DNA of 64,000 bases from an uncultured Phycisphaerales bacterium. GTDB taxonomy: Bacteria; Planctomycetota; Phycisphaerae; Tepidisphaerales; Tepidisphaeraceae. The stretch is taken from the NCBI GenBank assembly GCA_963755915.1, contig CAVWLP010000002.1, forward strand, positions 4,448,001 through 4,512,000. Reading direction: 5' to 3'. How positions within the stretch are numbered: position 1 is the stretch's first letter; the number at the start of each line of letters is the position of its first letter. This document shows positions 40,328 through 50,533 of this stretch, piece by piece. The notes under the pieces were generated by a model. The model was not told the DNA's origin. It saw only the letters and a list, made by a program, of their open reading frames with translations, and did no database searches. The translations under genes were made by a program, and so were the position numbers.

Positions 40328-42178
40328 TCAGTCATGGTATTTTTGCAGGGCCTGGGGAACGTACCATTCCGAGCTTCCGTTCAGACCTTCTTTTGTGACC
40401 AGGACGCCATGAATTCGCTTGTCGATGAAATCGAGGTCCTTCTCGATGTAAAGGAAAGTGTAGGGCTCGTCGCGGTGGAAAATCTGATCGACCTGGTGCC
40501 AGACGGGCATGCGCTTGGCGTCGTCGACGATCGACCGCGCCTTTCCGATCAAAGCATCCGCCTCGGGATCGCTGTACTGGATGAAGTTGTCGCCGGTGCC
40601 GGCGATCTGGCTGGAATCGAAGATCTGATAGGCGTCGAATTCGAGGTCGCCGCTCCACCCGCCTAGATAGACGTCATATTGCCGGTCGTCGAGGCGCTTG
40701 AGCATGACGGACCATTCGACCGGCTCCGGCTCGGCGAGAATTCCGGCCTGGGCGTAAGCGTCTTTCAGATAAGACGCAATCCGCCCACGCACTTCATTGC
40801 TGCTGTTGTACATGATCTTGAATTGCACAGGCTTGCCGTCGGGCCCGTAGAGCTGATCGCCCTGCTTTGTGCAGCCTGCATCGGCGAGGAGTTTTTCAGC
40901 AGCCACCGGATCGTATGGCCAAGGCTGAATCGTCGGATCGGCCTGCGGCGTCATCGGGCTGAAAGGGCCGCTGATCACCGAGGCGTATCCCCGCATGATG
41001 TCCTTTATGATGCGATCCCTGTCGGTGAGCATTGTCATCGCCCGCCTTACCCGGGCGTCAGCGAAAATGGTGGGCTTGCCATCCCGCCCCTGCTTTTCAT
41101 TCCAGCCGACGTAGATGAAGCCCTCCGATGGAACCTTCAGCGACCAATGATTCGTGCTCTCGACAAGCTGCGGATCGGCGCACATCTGGTCATATTGCTC
41201 GGGCGACGGTCCGCCAGCCATCCCGCCGAAAATGTCTGTGTCGCCGTTTTCGAAAGACGTTGTTCGCGCGGAGGGATTTTCAATCACCTTCCAAACCATC
41301 CTGTTGAACGAAGGCGTGGGGCCCCAATAGCGCTCGTTGCGCACGAGAATAACCGGCGCGCCCGGTGTCGGTGTCCAGCTTGTCGGATCGGGAAGCCGAT
41401 ACGGTCCGGAGCCCAACAGAAGTCCGGTCGAGTTGTTGATCTGTTCCGGAGTAAATTTCGAATAGAACGACTTGGGCATAATTCCAATGCCGGCAACCGT
41501 CTCAAAGCTTTTAAAATACGGTTCCGTGAAGACGAAGCGAACCGCGTAATCGTTGAGCTTCTGCACCGACCCCAGCTTGTCCAGATACGCACGAATGCGA
41601 GGGGCCTCGATCCGCTGGTCGCGTATCAGGTCGAAAGTAAAAACGACGTCATCCGCGCTCAGGGGAGAGCCGTCCGAAAACGTGATTCCCCGCCGAAGTT
41701 CGAAGTCGATCGTGAGTTGATCGGGGGAAATGGTCCAAGACCTGGCCAGGCTTGGAGTCCAGGCAAGCGTGTCGGGGTCGCGCCCGCAAAGACTGTCGAG
41801 GACACCGCCCTGGACGATGGCGGAGGCCAGATCCGTGGAAATCAGGGGCGTAAGTTTTTCGGGGATGGCCATGAATGTGTCAACTAGATCATCCCCCTGG
41901 GCGTAGTCCGGAGCCTGCTGGGCTTTGAGGATTCGCTCGAAACCGGCGGTAAAGTTGTCGGTTGTGGAGGGATTCGTCGTTGCCGTCACCAGCGCGCCGC
42001 GCTCAAGCAACCGGCGGATGGCGGCGATGTCATTTGTCTGCTGGTTGAGCAGCGTGTTGGTTTGCTGGATGAGCGTCCATTGGCGGTCGTACTGGTTCAT
42101 CGCCAGGAAAACGACGCCGATGAGGCACGCCAGGATCAGGAAGAGGAAAAAATCCTTTAAGCCGAATCGGTTCTCCAT
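40328..42178 (-). CDS. Peptide ABC transporter solute-binding protein (family 5), N-terminally membrane-anchored (copy 2)
   Basis: LARSWTISPD; FSDGSPLSADDVVFT; GSGPY; RVRRAM; N-terminal TM helix. Confidence 0.92.
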   Translation of the reverse strand: MENRFGLKDFFLFLILACLIGVVFLAMNQYDRQWTLIQQTNTLLNQQTNDIAAIRRLLERGALVTATTNPSTTDNFTAGFERILKAQQAPDYAQGDDLVDTFMAIPEKLTPLISTDLASAIVQGGVLDSLCGRDPDTLAWTPSLARSWTISPDQLTIDFELRRGITFSDGSPLSADDVVFTFDLIRDQRIEAPRIRAYLDKLGSVQKLNDYAVRFVFTEPYFKSFETVAGIGIMPKSFYSKFTPEQINNSTGLLLGSGPYRLPDPTSWTPTPGAPVILVRNERYWGPTPSFNRMVWKVIENPSARTTSFENGDTDIFGGMAGGPSPEQYDQMCADPQLVESTNHWSLKVPSEGFIYVGWNEKQGRDGKPTIFADARVRRAMTMLTDRDRIIKDIMRGYASVISGPFSPMTPQADPTIQPWPYDPVAAEKLLADAGCTKQGDQLYGPDGKPVQFKIMYNSSNEVRGRIASYLKDAYAQAGILAEPEPVEWSVMLKRLDDRQYDVYLGGWSGDLEFDAYQIFDSSQIAGTGDNFIQYSDPEADALIGKARSIVDDAKRMPVWHQVDQIFHRDEPYTFLYIEKDLDFIDKRIHGVLVTKEGLNGSSEWYVPQALQKYHD

Positions 42179-42199
42179 GAGAGATCAAAACGCCTTTTT

Positions 42200-43195
42200 T
42201 TAAATTTTGGCCGCCTCGCGCCTGGGATCAAAAGCATCCCGCAATCCGTCTCCGACGAAATTGAGCGCCAGCAGCGTCACGCCTAGCAGAGTACACGGAA
42301 AAAGCAGGAGCCACCAGCAGGAGGCCATCGGGCCCAGCGCCAACGTGAGGCCGTCGCTGGCGAGAGAACCCCAGGTGGGAAGGGGCTTTTGGATGCCGAT
42401 GCCAAGGAAACTGAGGAGCGATTCCTGCAGGATCGCCTGGGGGACCGTCAGCGTCGCGTAGACCGTGATCGGGCCGATGAGATTGGGGAGCAGATGGCGC
42501 AGGAAAATCCGGTGGCTGGGGGCGCCAGCCGCGCGGGCAGCCTCGATAAAGGGGAGGGTACGCAGCGACAGCACCTGGCCGCGAATGACGCGGGCCATTG
42601 TCAGCCAGCTCACCAGGCCAATCGAAAGAAACAGCACCACCAGGTTCGCCGCCATGCTCGAATGGAGAAGATTCCCCAGCGGCGTCTCCATCGCGAATTT
42701 GAAGAGGATCACGAGCAGGATATAGGGCAGTGCGTAGAGGATGTCGACGATCCGCATGAGCAGGGAATCGATCCATCCGCCGCGATAACCGGAAATGAGT
42801 CCGACGCTGACGCCAAGGGCGACGCTGATCGCCGCGGCGGCCAGGCCGATGGTAAGGCTGATGACTCCGCCGGCCAGGCATTGGCCCAGAAGGCTCTGGC
42901 CAAGTTTGCTCGTGCCGAAGAGAAGCCAAAGCGAGCGAGTCTGGGGAGCAAGCAGGGCGGCGTCGGTGCGCTGCTGGTCGTAGTAGAGAGAAGAGGAGGA
43001 GCTGAGGGTCCAGGGCAGGGTGATGATGCAGGCGCCGAGTAGAATCGCCAAGACCGCCCCGCCGATGGAAATCCGAAATCCGAAACCAGAATGACGAATC
43101 AAATTCGAAATCCGAATGACCGAATGACGATCGCCCAGTCGGATTTCGACATTCGGGTTTGATTCGTCATTCTGGTTTCGGATTTCGGGTTTCAT
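42200..43195 (-). CDS. Peptide ABC transporter permease, OppC-like (copy 1), with repeat-derived N-terminus
   Basis: ARVIRGQVL; FIEAARAAG; RHLLPN; GDGLRDAFDP. Confidence 0.92.
   Translation of the reverse strand: MKPEIRNQNDESNPNVEIRLGDRHSVIRISNLIRHSGFGFRISIGGAVLAILLGACIITLPWTLSSSSSLYYDQQRTDAALLAPQTRSLWLLFGTSKLGQSLLGQCLAGGVISLTIGLAAAAISVALGVSVGLISGYRGGWIDSLLMRIVDILYALPYILLVILFKFAMETPLGNLLHSSMAANLVVLFLSIGLVSWLTMARVIRGQVLSLRTLPFIEAARAAGAPSHRIFLRHLLPNLIGPITVYATLTVPQAILQESLLSFLGIGIQKPLPTWGSLASDGLTLALGPMASCWWLLLFPCTLLGVTLLALNFVGDGLRDAFDPRREAAKI
43068..43193. repeat. 126-bp heptamer-based palindromic element inside the oppC 5' end
   Basis: 36-bp arms at 43068-43103 and 43158-43193 are inverted with 1 mismatch and built of GAAATCC/GAATGAC-like units. 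Confidence 0.85.
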
Positions 43196-44124
43196 TCCAC
43201 CCTCCCCGCGATCTCAATCCGCGGATCGACAAACGCATATCCGATGTCCACCAGGAGATTCAGCCCCAGCAGAAACGCCGCATAGACCAGCACCGTGCCC
43301 AGGATCAGCGTCTGATCGCGGTTCTTTACGCCGTTGACGAAATGCTGGCCGAGGCCGGGAATATTGAACACGGTTTCGACGACGAATGATCCGGTCATCG
43401 CGTACGCCGTCGCGGGGCCGAGGTAGGTGAATACGGGCAGGAAAGCATTGCGGAACGCGTGCTTCCAGATGACGGCCGTTTGGGAGAGGCCCTTGGCCCG
43501 CGCGGTGCGAACATAATCGTTGCCGAGGGTGTCGAGCATTGAAACACGGGTAAGGCGCGCGATATACGCCATGGGCATCAGCGCTAAGGCCACGCCCGGC
43601 AATACCAGTTGCCGAAATTCGCCCCACCCCCCTGCCGGGAACCAGTGGAGCCAATCCGAAAAGACGACGATAAGCATTCCCGCAACCACAAACGCGGGCA
43701 GACTGATCCCAATGAGCGCAATGGCCAGGCTCGTGAAATCAAGGACCGATCCGCGGCGCATCGCGGCAGTGACGCCGACGCCGCAGCCGCCCATCAGGGC
43801 GATCAAAATCGCCACTAGTCCCAGCGCCATCGAAACCGGCAGGCTGCTGCGCAGGATTTCGTTCACGCTCCAGCCCTCGTAGGAAAGACTCGGGCCGAAA
43901 TCCCCATGGCGCACAATCTGCCACGGATAATACGTCAGGAATTGGTGCCAGGTTTGGGCGTGGAAGCGGGCCTTCAGATCGTTCTTGGCGGCTTCGCTGA
44001 GGGCGCGGTCGTTGTTCTCATACGGAGAGCCGGGAACGATCCAGACCAGGGCAAACGTGATGACATAAATGATCGCCAGGATCAGGGGCAACTGGACGAT
44101 CCGCCATGCGATGAAGCGTGCCAT
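43192..44124 (-). CDS. Peptide ABC transporter permease, OppB-like (copy 1)
   Basis: GDFGPS; DYVRTARAKG; VETVFNIPGLG; VDPRI. Confidence 0.93.
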   Translation of the reverse strand: MARFIAWRIVQLPLILAIIYVITFALVWIVPGSPYENNDRALSEAAKNDLKARFHAQTWHQFLTYYPWQIVRHGDFGPSLSYEGWSVNEILRSSLPVSMALGLVAILIALMGGCGVGVTAAMRRGSVLDFTSLAIALIGISLPAFVVAGMLIVVFSDWLHWFPAGGWGEFRQLVLPGVALALMPMAYIARLTRVSMLDTLGNDYVRTARAKGLSQTAVIWKHAFRNAFLPVFTYLGPATAYAMTGSFVVETVFNIPGLGQHFVNGVKNRDQTLILGTVLVYAAFLLGLNLLVDIGYAFVDPRIEIAGRVE

Positions 44125-45797
44125 TTAGTGATTCACCTGCACGCCATTGAACATCACCGTGCCGTTGGCCGCCAGTGCGATCCCGTTTACCTGGGGGCGG
44201 AAAAGATAGGCGTTGACGTATGTGAAGAGCGGAATGATGGGGGCTTCGTGCAGTAGGATTTTTTCCGCTTGCGACAAAAGCCCCATCCGCCGCCGGGGAT
44301 CGGCCTCGCGCTGGGCCTCGGCACAGAGGCGGTCATACTCGGCGCTCGTCCACTTACTGTCGTTCTCATCGCTGTCGGATTTATATTTGTCGGTGAAGGT
44401 CGTCGGGTCATGATAATCCCCATACCACCCGGCCCTGGCGATGTCGTATTGCTGCGTATGCAGGTCCGCGCCGAAGACTTTTACTTCGACACCTTCGAGC
44501 TTCATGTCGATTCCCAGGTTCGTGAACCACTGCCGCCTGACGATCTGTGCGACGTCGCCGTGAAAACTTTCCGTGTTATAGAAGATGCTCAGCGGGGGAA
44601 ACCCGCTCCCGCCGGGATATCCGGCTTCCGCAAGCAGCTTCTGCGCCGCTGGCACGTCATATGGCAACCCCGGCGGTGAAACATATCCCGCAAAAACACC
44701 GGGCGGAATGTAGGTGAACGACTGCGGCTGCCCCAATCTTCCCACGTTGCGGACGATCGGATCGCGATCGATCGACATCGCCAGCGCCTGCCGCACGCGC
44801 ACATCCGCCAGCGGATTTTCCGGCCATCAGGCAGCGTGGGCAGACAGTTCAGCGAATAAAAGTAGGTCCCGAACGCGGGGAAGACGTGCAGATCGTCGCG
44901 CTTGCCCTCGACCAGCATCTGGGCGGCAAGATTTGGATCGACATCCGAAAGCCAATCGACGTCGCCCCGGTCGTAGATTCGAAACGCCGCCAGGCCGTCC
45001 TCGGCGTAAATCTGGTCGATCACCCGGCTCTTAATGCTGGCCCGATTCCAGTAATAGTCCGAAGCCACCAAGCGCAGCCGGCGCTTGAAGCTCCACTGGG
45101 CCAGCCGATAAGGCCCATTGGTCACCAAGTGCGGCGGGCGCGTGAAATCGAGGTTAAAGTGAAGCCCATCGGGTTCAAGAAAATCGTGCATGGAAGCTTC
45201 GTTCATCGGAAAAAAGGCTGGAAACGCCAGGAGCGACGGAAAAAAAGGAACGGGATCGGTCAACGTGACGACAAGGGTATGATCGTCCAGCGCCCGCTCC
45301 CCCACTGTCGAGATATCCGGCGCGGTGGCAGGTTTACTGGCCTCTTTCGCCGCCAGGAAATTCGCGAAGTCATCCGAATATTTTTTCGCGCCGCGAATGT
45401 AAAAGTGCAGATAGGTATATTCCCCCGGCGTCTCAAGAAACCTCCGCCATCCGAAGAGAAAATCCTGCGACGTGACGGGATCGCCATTGGTCCATTTCGC
45501 ACCCGAACGAATATGGATCGTCCAAATCGTCCGCGTCGGATCGGTCGTTGCGCGGTCGGCGCAGCCGAGGACCGGCTCAAGCGTTTTGGCGTCCAGGGTG
45601 TAAAGCCCCTCCCACAGCCCATACGCAATGCGGATGTCCTGCATCCAGCTCATGCCGTTGGGATCGAGGCATTTGTTGTCGCCGCGGTTGATGAAGGCAA
45701 AATCGGCGCGCTGCTGACCTGAGGTGTCGTTGGACCAATAGAGAGCCGCGGCCGCAAGCCCGGCGAGGATCACCGGGATCGTGAGCAGCCGGGTCAT
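44125..45797 (-). CDS. Peptide ABC transporter solute-binding protein, OppA-like (copy 1; apparent frameshift near 44817)
   Basis: EGL; AKWTNGDPVTSQDF; NGPY; RVRQALAMSIDR; RAGWYGDY. Confidence 0.9.
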
Positions 45798-46954
45798 TGC
45801 GCCGCTTCGGTCGATGCGGGAGATGGGGCAGTTGACGCAGCGGAAAGATCTGCCGGGGGCTTTAGATCTTGGAAAGCGGGAATCTGGGATAGCTCCTGAA
45901 TCAAGGCAGCGGACACCTCTTTGACAGAGTCTGCCGGCGCCGCGGCAGAAAGATTGTGAAGGGCGGCGCCTGCTGTTGTGAGATTAGGATCCTGGGTGAT
46001 TTTGCCAAGCCCATCCTCGCCCATCCAATAACCCTCGGAGTTGAGGGCGTCGATCAAATCGTGAACCTGGTCGGGGCGCAGGTTCGACGCACGTTGCCCG
46101 GCCCACGAAATCAGGTTCGCGGCGTTTTGCACGGCCTGGAGTTGCTGGTCTTGCGACATCACGCCCCATCCATCCGGGGTAAGCAGCAAATACTCAGCGT
46201 ATGTATCGGCCACCGGATTTGGTGGATAACTCGTCTTGTAAAGCTCAAGGCGCGTCGATTGCAACTTAAGCAGACCACCGATCAGCGGCGCCATCGCAAC
46301 CGGATCCGGCATCCCACCAGATGTCCATTGCCTCGGATTCATGGCTTTATAGGCTTCTGAAGCGATCAGGCCTGCCATCGGACTATCGCTGCTATCCTTG
46401 ACGGACTCTATGATGGCATCCAGTAGAGAGACGCATGGCCCGGCCACAAACGCCTGACTCTTAAGGGCCAGCGGCAACATCAACTTAACCGCCTGAACGC
46501 TCACATAAACTACCGCCGGCGACTTATCCCCCAGTAATTTGATCAGCGCGGGGGTAAGGTTTGCCTTCTGCCCGGCGAGGCTGCGGATGACCAGCGCCAT
46601 ATTCAACCGCGCCGCAACCGGTGGATCGCCCTGTGAGAGCAAGCCGATGAAAACCGTGTTCAATGCCGCCGTGTAGGTGTTTTGATAGGAGGTTGACGCC
46701 GTCGCGGGGTCCTCGTTGATAAGCCAGTTGCGGACCATGCTTACGGTCGGCTTGTCGTCCGAATTTTTCACCAGCTTGTCCATCACGCCGCCAATCTTCT
46801 GATTGATCTCATCAGAGAAGCTGGTGGCGTCCGGAGCGTCTTTGGCGGCGTCGCTGATGCTGGGATCGGCGGGCATCGCGGGAATGTCCGCCGCCGCGCG
46901 CATCGAACCGACTCCGAGGGCGAGAACAAAACAGATTACACAACGTCTTAGCAT
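45794..46954 (-). CDS. Exported helical (HEAT-like) hypothetical protein, translationally coupled to oppA
   Basis: Signal peptide MLRRCVICFVLALGVGSMRAAA; LIKLLGDKSPAV; ATGA overlap with the oppA start. Confidence 0.7.
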   Translation of the reverse strand: MLRRCVICFVLALGVGSMRAAADIPAMPADPSISDAAKDAPDATSFSDEINQKIGGVMDKLVKNSDDKPTVSMVRNWLINEDPATASTSYQNTYTAALNTVFIGLLSQGDPPVAARLNMALVIRSLAGQKANLTPALIKLLGDKSPAVVYVSVQAVKLMLPLALKSQAFVAGPCVSLLDAIIESVKDSSDSPMAGLIASEAYKAMNPRQWTSGGMPDPVAMAPLIGGLLKLQSTRLELYKTSYPPNPVADTYAEYLLLTPDGWGVMSQDQQLQAVQNAANLISWAGQRASNLRPDQVHDLIDALNSEGYWMGEDGLGKITQDPNLTTAGAALHNLSAAAPADSVKEVSAALIQELSQIPAFQDLKPPADLSAASTAPSPASTEAAQ

Positions 46955-46992
46955 GCTTAGGATTCTCCGGCGAGATTCAGGCCAGAGCGGCA

Positions 46993-47021
46993 ACCGTAAC
47001 CGCCGCTAATTTGAGTGTCAA
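46993..47021 (-). promoter_or_regulatory. Candidate sigma70 promoter for the opp cluster
   Basis: TTGACA-N17-TACGGT on the minus strand. Confidence 0.45.
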
Positions 47022-47093
47022 GAAAGCCTTGTTGCGGCGCTCCGCCTATCAAAATTATACCGCAAATTCTCCCCAGACCCTCAATGCCCCTCC

Positions 47094-47960
47094 CTAATTT
47101 CTCCAGGCATCGCGAGCCGTGGGGACCAGATAGCTGTCATAATTGTAGGCCGGTCCAACATCCGTACCTATATATCCGGGATCATCGACAGTCTGCGGCC
47201 CGGATATTCGATGCGGGGCGATTGCTGTATAAATATTGTCACTTCCGACCCCGCAATAAGGCGTCTTCTCAAAGGAAACATACCCCGAAGGGTACAGCAC
47301 GTTCTGCCCCGCTTGCTGGTGGTTTAACGAATTCCCCTTGGCCAATTCAAATGGCGGCGCGTCGCGTGCAGGCCCCAGAACTCGATTCCCATCGCAATCA
47401 AATCCCGGATTCTTGTCGGCAAGAATGGCGCACTGCTCGGGCAGGCGATCGCTGCTGAAGGCCATGTTGAAGGCATCGGTAAAGGGCGAATCGTATGAGT
47501 AGCTGAGGTTCGCCGGCGAGCGGAAATTCCAGCGTTTCGTCGCCACGGTGGAAGCTCCGCTGGCATCGGTCATGGTATCCGGCTCATCCCCGGTGCTCGG
47601 GCAGACGAAAACCGCAAGGTCCTTCACGTATCCTCCGCGCACGAGGAGCCAAAGCGAAGCCGTGATGTCGTTCGGCTTTATGCCGCCGTCCGGACCGGTG
47701 AACGCCACGTAACCGAGCGGCTTATGAACCCAGTCGTAGGGAGATTCCGGCAGCGGGAGAAAACTTGAGCCGTTGGCTTTGCCGTATTCCTGTAGCGCCA
47801 CGCCGATCTGATACAGGTGGGCGCTGCAATCCGTCCGCCGGGCGTCTTCCCGCACCATCTCCAGATAGGGAAGAATGATCGCCGCAAGGATCGTCAGGAT
47901 GCCAATGGCGACCAGGAATTCGATGAGCGTGAAGGCGCTCCTTCTCCTGGCGCACGTCAC
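47094..47960 (-). CDS. Prepilin-type N-terminal cleavage/methylation protein (planctomycete DUF1559-like)
   Basis: A|FTLIEFLVAIGILTILAAIILP; REDARRTDC; FVCPS; NH...QNVLYPSG (H-X9-DG-like variant). Confidence 0.85.
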   Translation of the reverse strand: MTCARRRSAFTLIEFLVAIGILTILAAIILPYLEMVREDARRTDCSAHLYQIGVALQEYGKANGSSFLPLPESPYDWVHKPLGYVAFTGPDGGIKPNDITASLWLLVRGGYVKDLAVFVCPSTGDEPDTMTDASGASTVATKRWNFRSPANLSYSYDSPFTDAFNMAFSSDRLPEQCAILADKNPGFDCDGNRVLGPARDAPPFELAKGNSLNHQQAGQNVLYPSGYVSFEKTPYCGVGSDNIYTAIAPHRISGPQTVDDPGYIGTDVGPAYNYDSYLVPTARDAWRN

Positions 47961-48454
47961 GGCTCGCCCCTGAAGAATTGCGCCCGGTCGCGGCGCTCCG
48001 CCTGCACGTCGGCCGCCACTTCGGTGTCTGTCATCAGATGCCCCTTGAAATCATCGAGCACCAGCGGCGCCTCATCAGGCTGCGTTGCCGGCATCAGCTT
48101 GATTCGCGCCAGCGCGTAAAACATCTCATCCGAGCCGACTACGTGATCGATCACCAGCCCCGCGCTTCCTCCGGGCAGGATGATGTTCCCCACCAGGCTC
48201 ACCCCATCCCACTGCGGATCGATTGAGAATTTAAGCGTTCGGTAGCCCCACTTTTTGATCTCCACGTCATGCTTATATTTCCGTGCCAGGCTCACGCTCA
48301 CCGGCGATGTGTATGCCTTTCCGTCGACGATCACCTGGGCCTCGTTCGGATCGGTGTGGAACGTAAGCGTCTGGCGTGGCCCGCGAAGAAGGGTGGCGCA
48401 GCCGCCGGCGGGAAGGACCGATAACAAAAGCCAGAAGAGAATTGTCTTTCTCAT
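47957..48454 (-). CDS. PEGA-domain lipoprotein
   Basis: Lipobox-like AGGC; TDPNEAQVIVDG...SP; KWGY. Confidence 0.75.
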   Translation of the reverse strand: MRKTILFWLLLSVLPAGGCATLLRGPRQTLTFHTDPNEAQVIVDGKAYTSPVSVSLARKYKHDVEIKKWGYRTLKFSIDPQWDGVSLVGNIILPGGSAGLVIDHVVGSDEMFYALARIKLMPATQPDEAPLVLDDFKGHLMTDTEVAADVQAERRDRAQFFRGEP

Positions 48455-48462
48455 GAGATACT

Positions 48463-49542
48463 CTATCGGCCCGCGGCAGCCTCGCCGCCTATCTCGACTT
48501 TCCGCTTTAACTGCCCGCACGCCGCGTCGATGTCCCTCCCCCGGCTCTTGCGCACGTGGGCATTCACGCCCGCGTTTCGCAGGACCCTCTGGAACGCGAA
48601 TACATTTTCCGCCGTCGGCCGCTCGAAGGGCAGGCCCTCCACCTCGTTATAGCGGATGAGGTTCACGTTGGCGCGCAGCGTTTTGCAGATCGCCGCCAGT
48701 TGGTGGGCCTGTTGAAGTTTGTCATTCACGCCGTGAAGCAGGATGTATTCCAGCGTGACCTCGCGCCCGGTCTGCTCGAAGTAATACCGGGCCGCATTCA
48801 GGATATCCTTCAGCGAGAAATGCTCGGCCCACGGAATCAGCTCGCGCCGCAGCTCCTCGGTGGGGGCATGCAGAGAGATGGCCAGATTCAGCGGCAGATT
48901 CTCGTTCGCCAGCGAACGAATTTTCTCCGGAACGCCGACCGTCGAAACGGTGATCTTCCTGGCCCCGATGTTGAAGCATCCGGGATCGTGGATGATTCGA
49001 ATGGCTCTTATAACATTGGTGTAATTAGCTAGCGGCTCCCCCATCCCCATAAAAACGATATTTGTGATGTGCGTTCTCTCCTCAGAAAGTAAGCGGTTGC
49101 AAAGATAGATCTGCTGCACGATACGATCGGCGCTGAGGCTGCGCTGCAATCCGTTCAGACCGCTTGCGCAAAACTTGCATCCCACGGGACACCCCACTTG
49201 TGAACTAATGCACGCAGTCCGGCGATTTTCGTCCGGAATTACCACGCATTCCGCGGCCGCGCCGTCCCAATCCGCCAGGATTTTCCGCGTCCCGTCGCTG
49301 CTTTTCTGCTGCTTCACGACCTGCCCGATGCTGAAATCAATCGCCTCGCCAAGCGTTTGCCTGTCCTGTTTTGACAGGGTGGAAATTTCCGCTGGAGATG
49401 ACTTGAGATGGTGGTAAATCGCCTCGCGGATTTGCCGCCCGCGATAGCGCGGCCAGCCCCACTCAACCAACATCTGGTCGAGCTCCTCGCTCAATAGCGA
49501 AAAAAAGTTTCTCTTCGCAGGAATCGGCATCTTGTGTGGCAT
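48463..49542 (-). CDS. rlmN: 23S rRNA A2503 C2-methyltransferase RlmN
   Basis: SSQVGCPVGCKFC; MGMGEP; ISLHAP; DIDAACGQL. Confidence 0.96.
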   Translation of the reverse strand: MPHKMPIPAKRNFFSLLSEELDQMLVEWGWPRYRGRQIREAIYHHLKSSPAEISTLSKQDRQTLGEAIDFSIGQVVKQQKSSDGTRKILADWDGAAAECVVIPDENRRTACISSQVGCPVGCKFCASGLNGLQRSLSADRIVQQIYLCNRLLSEERTHITNIVFMGMGEPLANYTNVIRAIRIIHDPGCFNIGARKITVSTVGVPEKIRSLANENLPLNLAISLHAPTEELRRELIPWAEHFSLKDILNAARYYFEQTGREVTLEYILLHGVNDKLQQAHQLAAICKTLRANVNLIRYNEVEGLPFERPTAENVFAFQRVLRNAGVNAHVRKSRGRDIDAACGQLKRKVEIGGEAAAGR

Positions 49543-49707
49543 ATTATCTGCTGTGGAAACACTTGGGCAATGGGGTGAACGGACGAAGGAGGTTTCCTAA
49601 TGCACGGCATCGATCAGGCTGGCAGCGCCGCCGCGCGAAGTCGAGCAGTGAAGGCACTTCAAGGCGCCCGAAAATCCGGCGGCGGAAAAAATCCGGATAT
49701 ATCGGTT

Positions 49708-50343
49708 GTGAGCACACAACTAACCAACATTCCATCCGTCGTACCAACTTCCCCCACCGACGAGCAGCTCCTCGCTGCTTATCGCCAGGGTGACCGCACT
49801 GGCTTCTCGCGACTCGTCGAACGATACCAGCGCGAACTGTTCCATTTCCTGGTCCGGTTCGTCGGCGACCGCGCCGCGGCGGAAGATCTCTTCCAGGAAT
49901 CCTTCCTCCAGGTGCATCAGAGCGCTAAGCTCTTCGATCCACAGCGCCGATTCCGACCCTGGTTGTTTACAATTGCAGCCAACAAGGCACGAGACTACCT
50001 CCGCGCCCAGTCGCGCCGCCCGGCCAACCAGCTCCAGGCGGCCATCAACCCCACCAACGACGACAGCGGGGAATTCATCGACCTGATGAAAAGCGACGAT
50101 CTCGGCCCGGCAACGCCCCTCGAGCGCCAGGAAATTCAGGAACTCGTACAAAAAACCGTAATGGAGATGCCCGCCAACTTCAGGGAAATCTTGCTCTTAT
50201 CGTATTTCCATCAATTTTCATACAAACAAATTGGAGAAATACTTGAAATTCCCCTGGGGACGGTAAAATCACGGTTGCACGCAGCGGTTGCATTTTTTGC
50301 GGATCGCTGGCGATTGCTGAACCAGGGCAGTTTTGATTCGTAG
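49708..50343 (+). CDS. ECF-type RNA polymerase sigma-70 factor (start uncertain, 49600-49708)
   Basis: AEDLFQESF; FRPWLFTIAANKARD; SYKQIGEILEIPLGTVKSRL. Confidence 0.92.
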   Translation: MSTQLTNIPSVVPTSPTDEQLLAAYRQGDRTGFSRLVERYQRELFHFLVRFVGDRAAAEDLFQESFLQVHQSAKLFDPQRRFRPWLFTIAANKARDYLRAQSRRPANQLQAAINPTNDDSGEFIDLMKSDDLGPATPLERQEIQELVQKTVMEMPANFREILLLSYFHQFSYKQIGEILEIPLGTVKSRLHAAVAFFADRWRLLNQGSFDS

Positions 50344-50533
50344 ATACCCTTGGTTGTTTTTCATCGGTTGCACACATATCTCCGATGTAAAACGACTGAA
50401 AAACTTGTTGTAACCCCTGGTCGTTGTTCAGATCTACATATCGGTCGTGGACTTACGTCCGTGCGGTCAGCAAGGTACCAAAGCCCAAGTCAGGCCATTG
50501 TACGCTTGGCTGAGCAACGGAGAACCACAGGGG

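Noticed and set aside
43068-43193. CRISPR array (also considered for the other repeats)
   Set aside because: The repeats are inverted or short tandem units without unique spacers, and no cas genes are present.
48463-49542. Cfr-type resistance methyltransferase
   Set aside because: The motifs are shared by both families, but the housekeeping context and absence of mobile flanks favour RlmN. A phylogeny would settle it.
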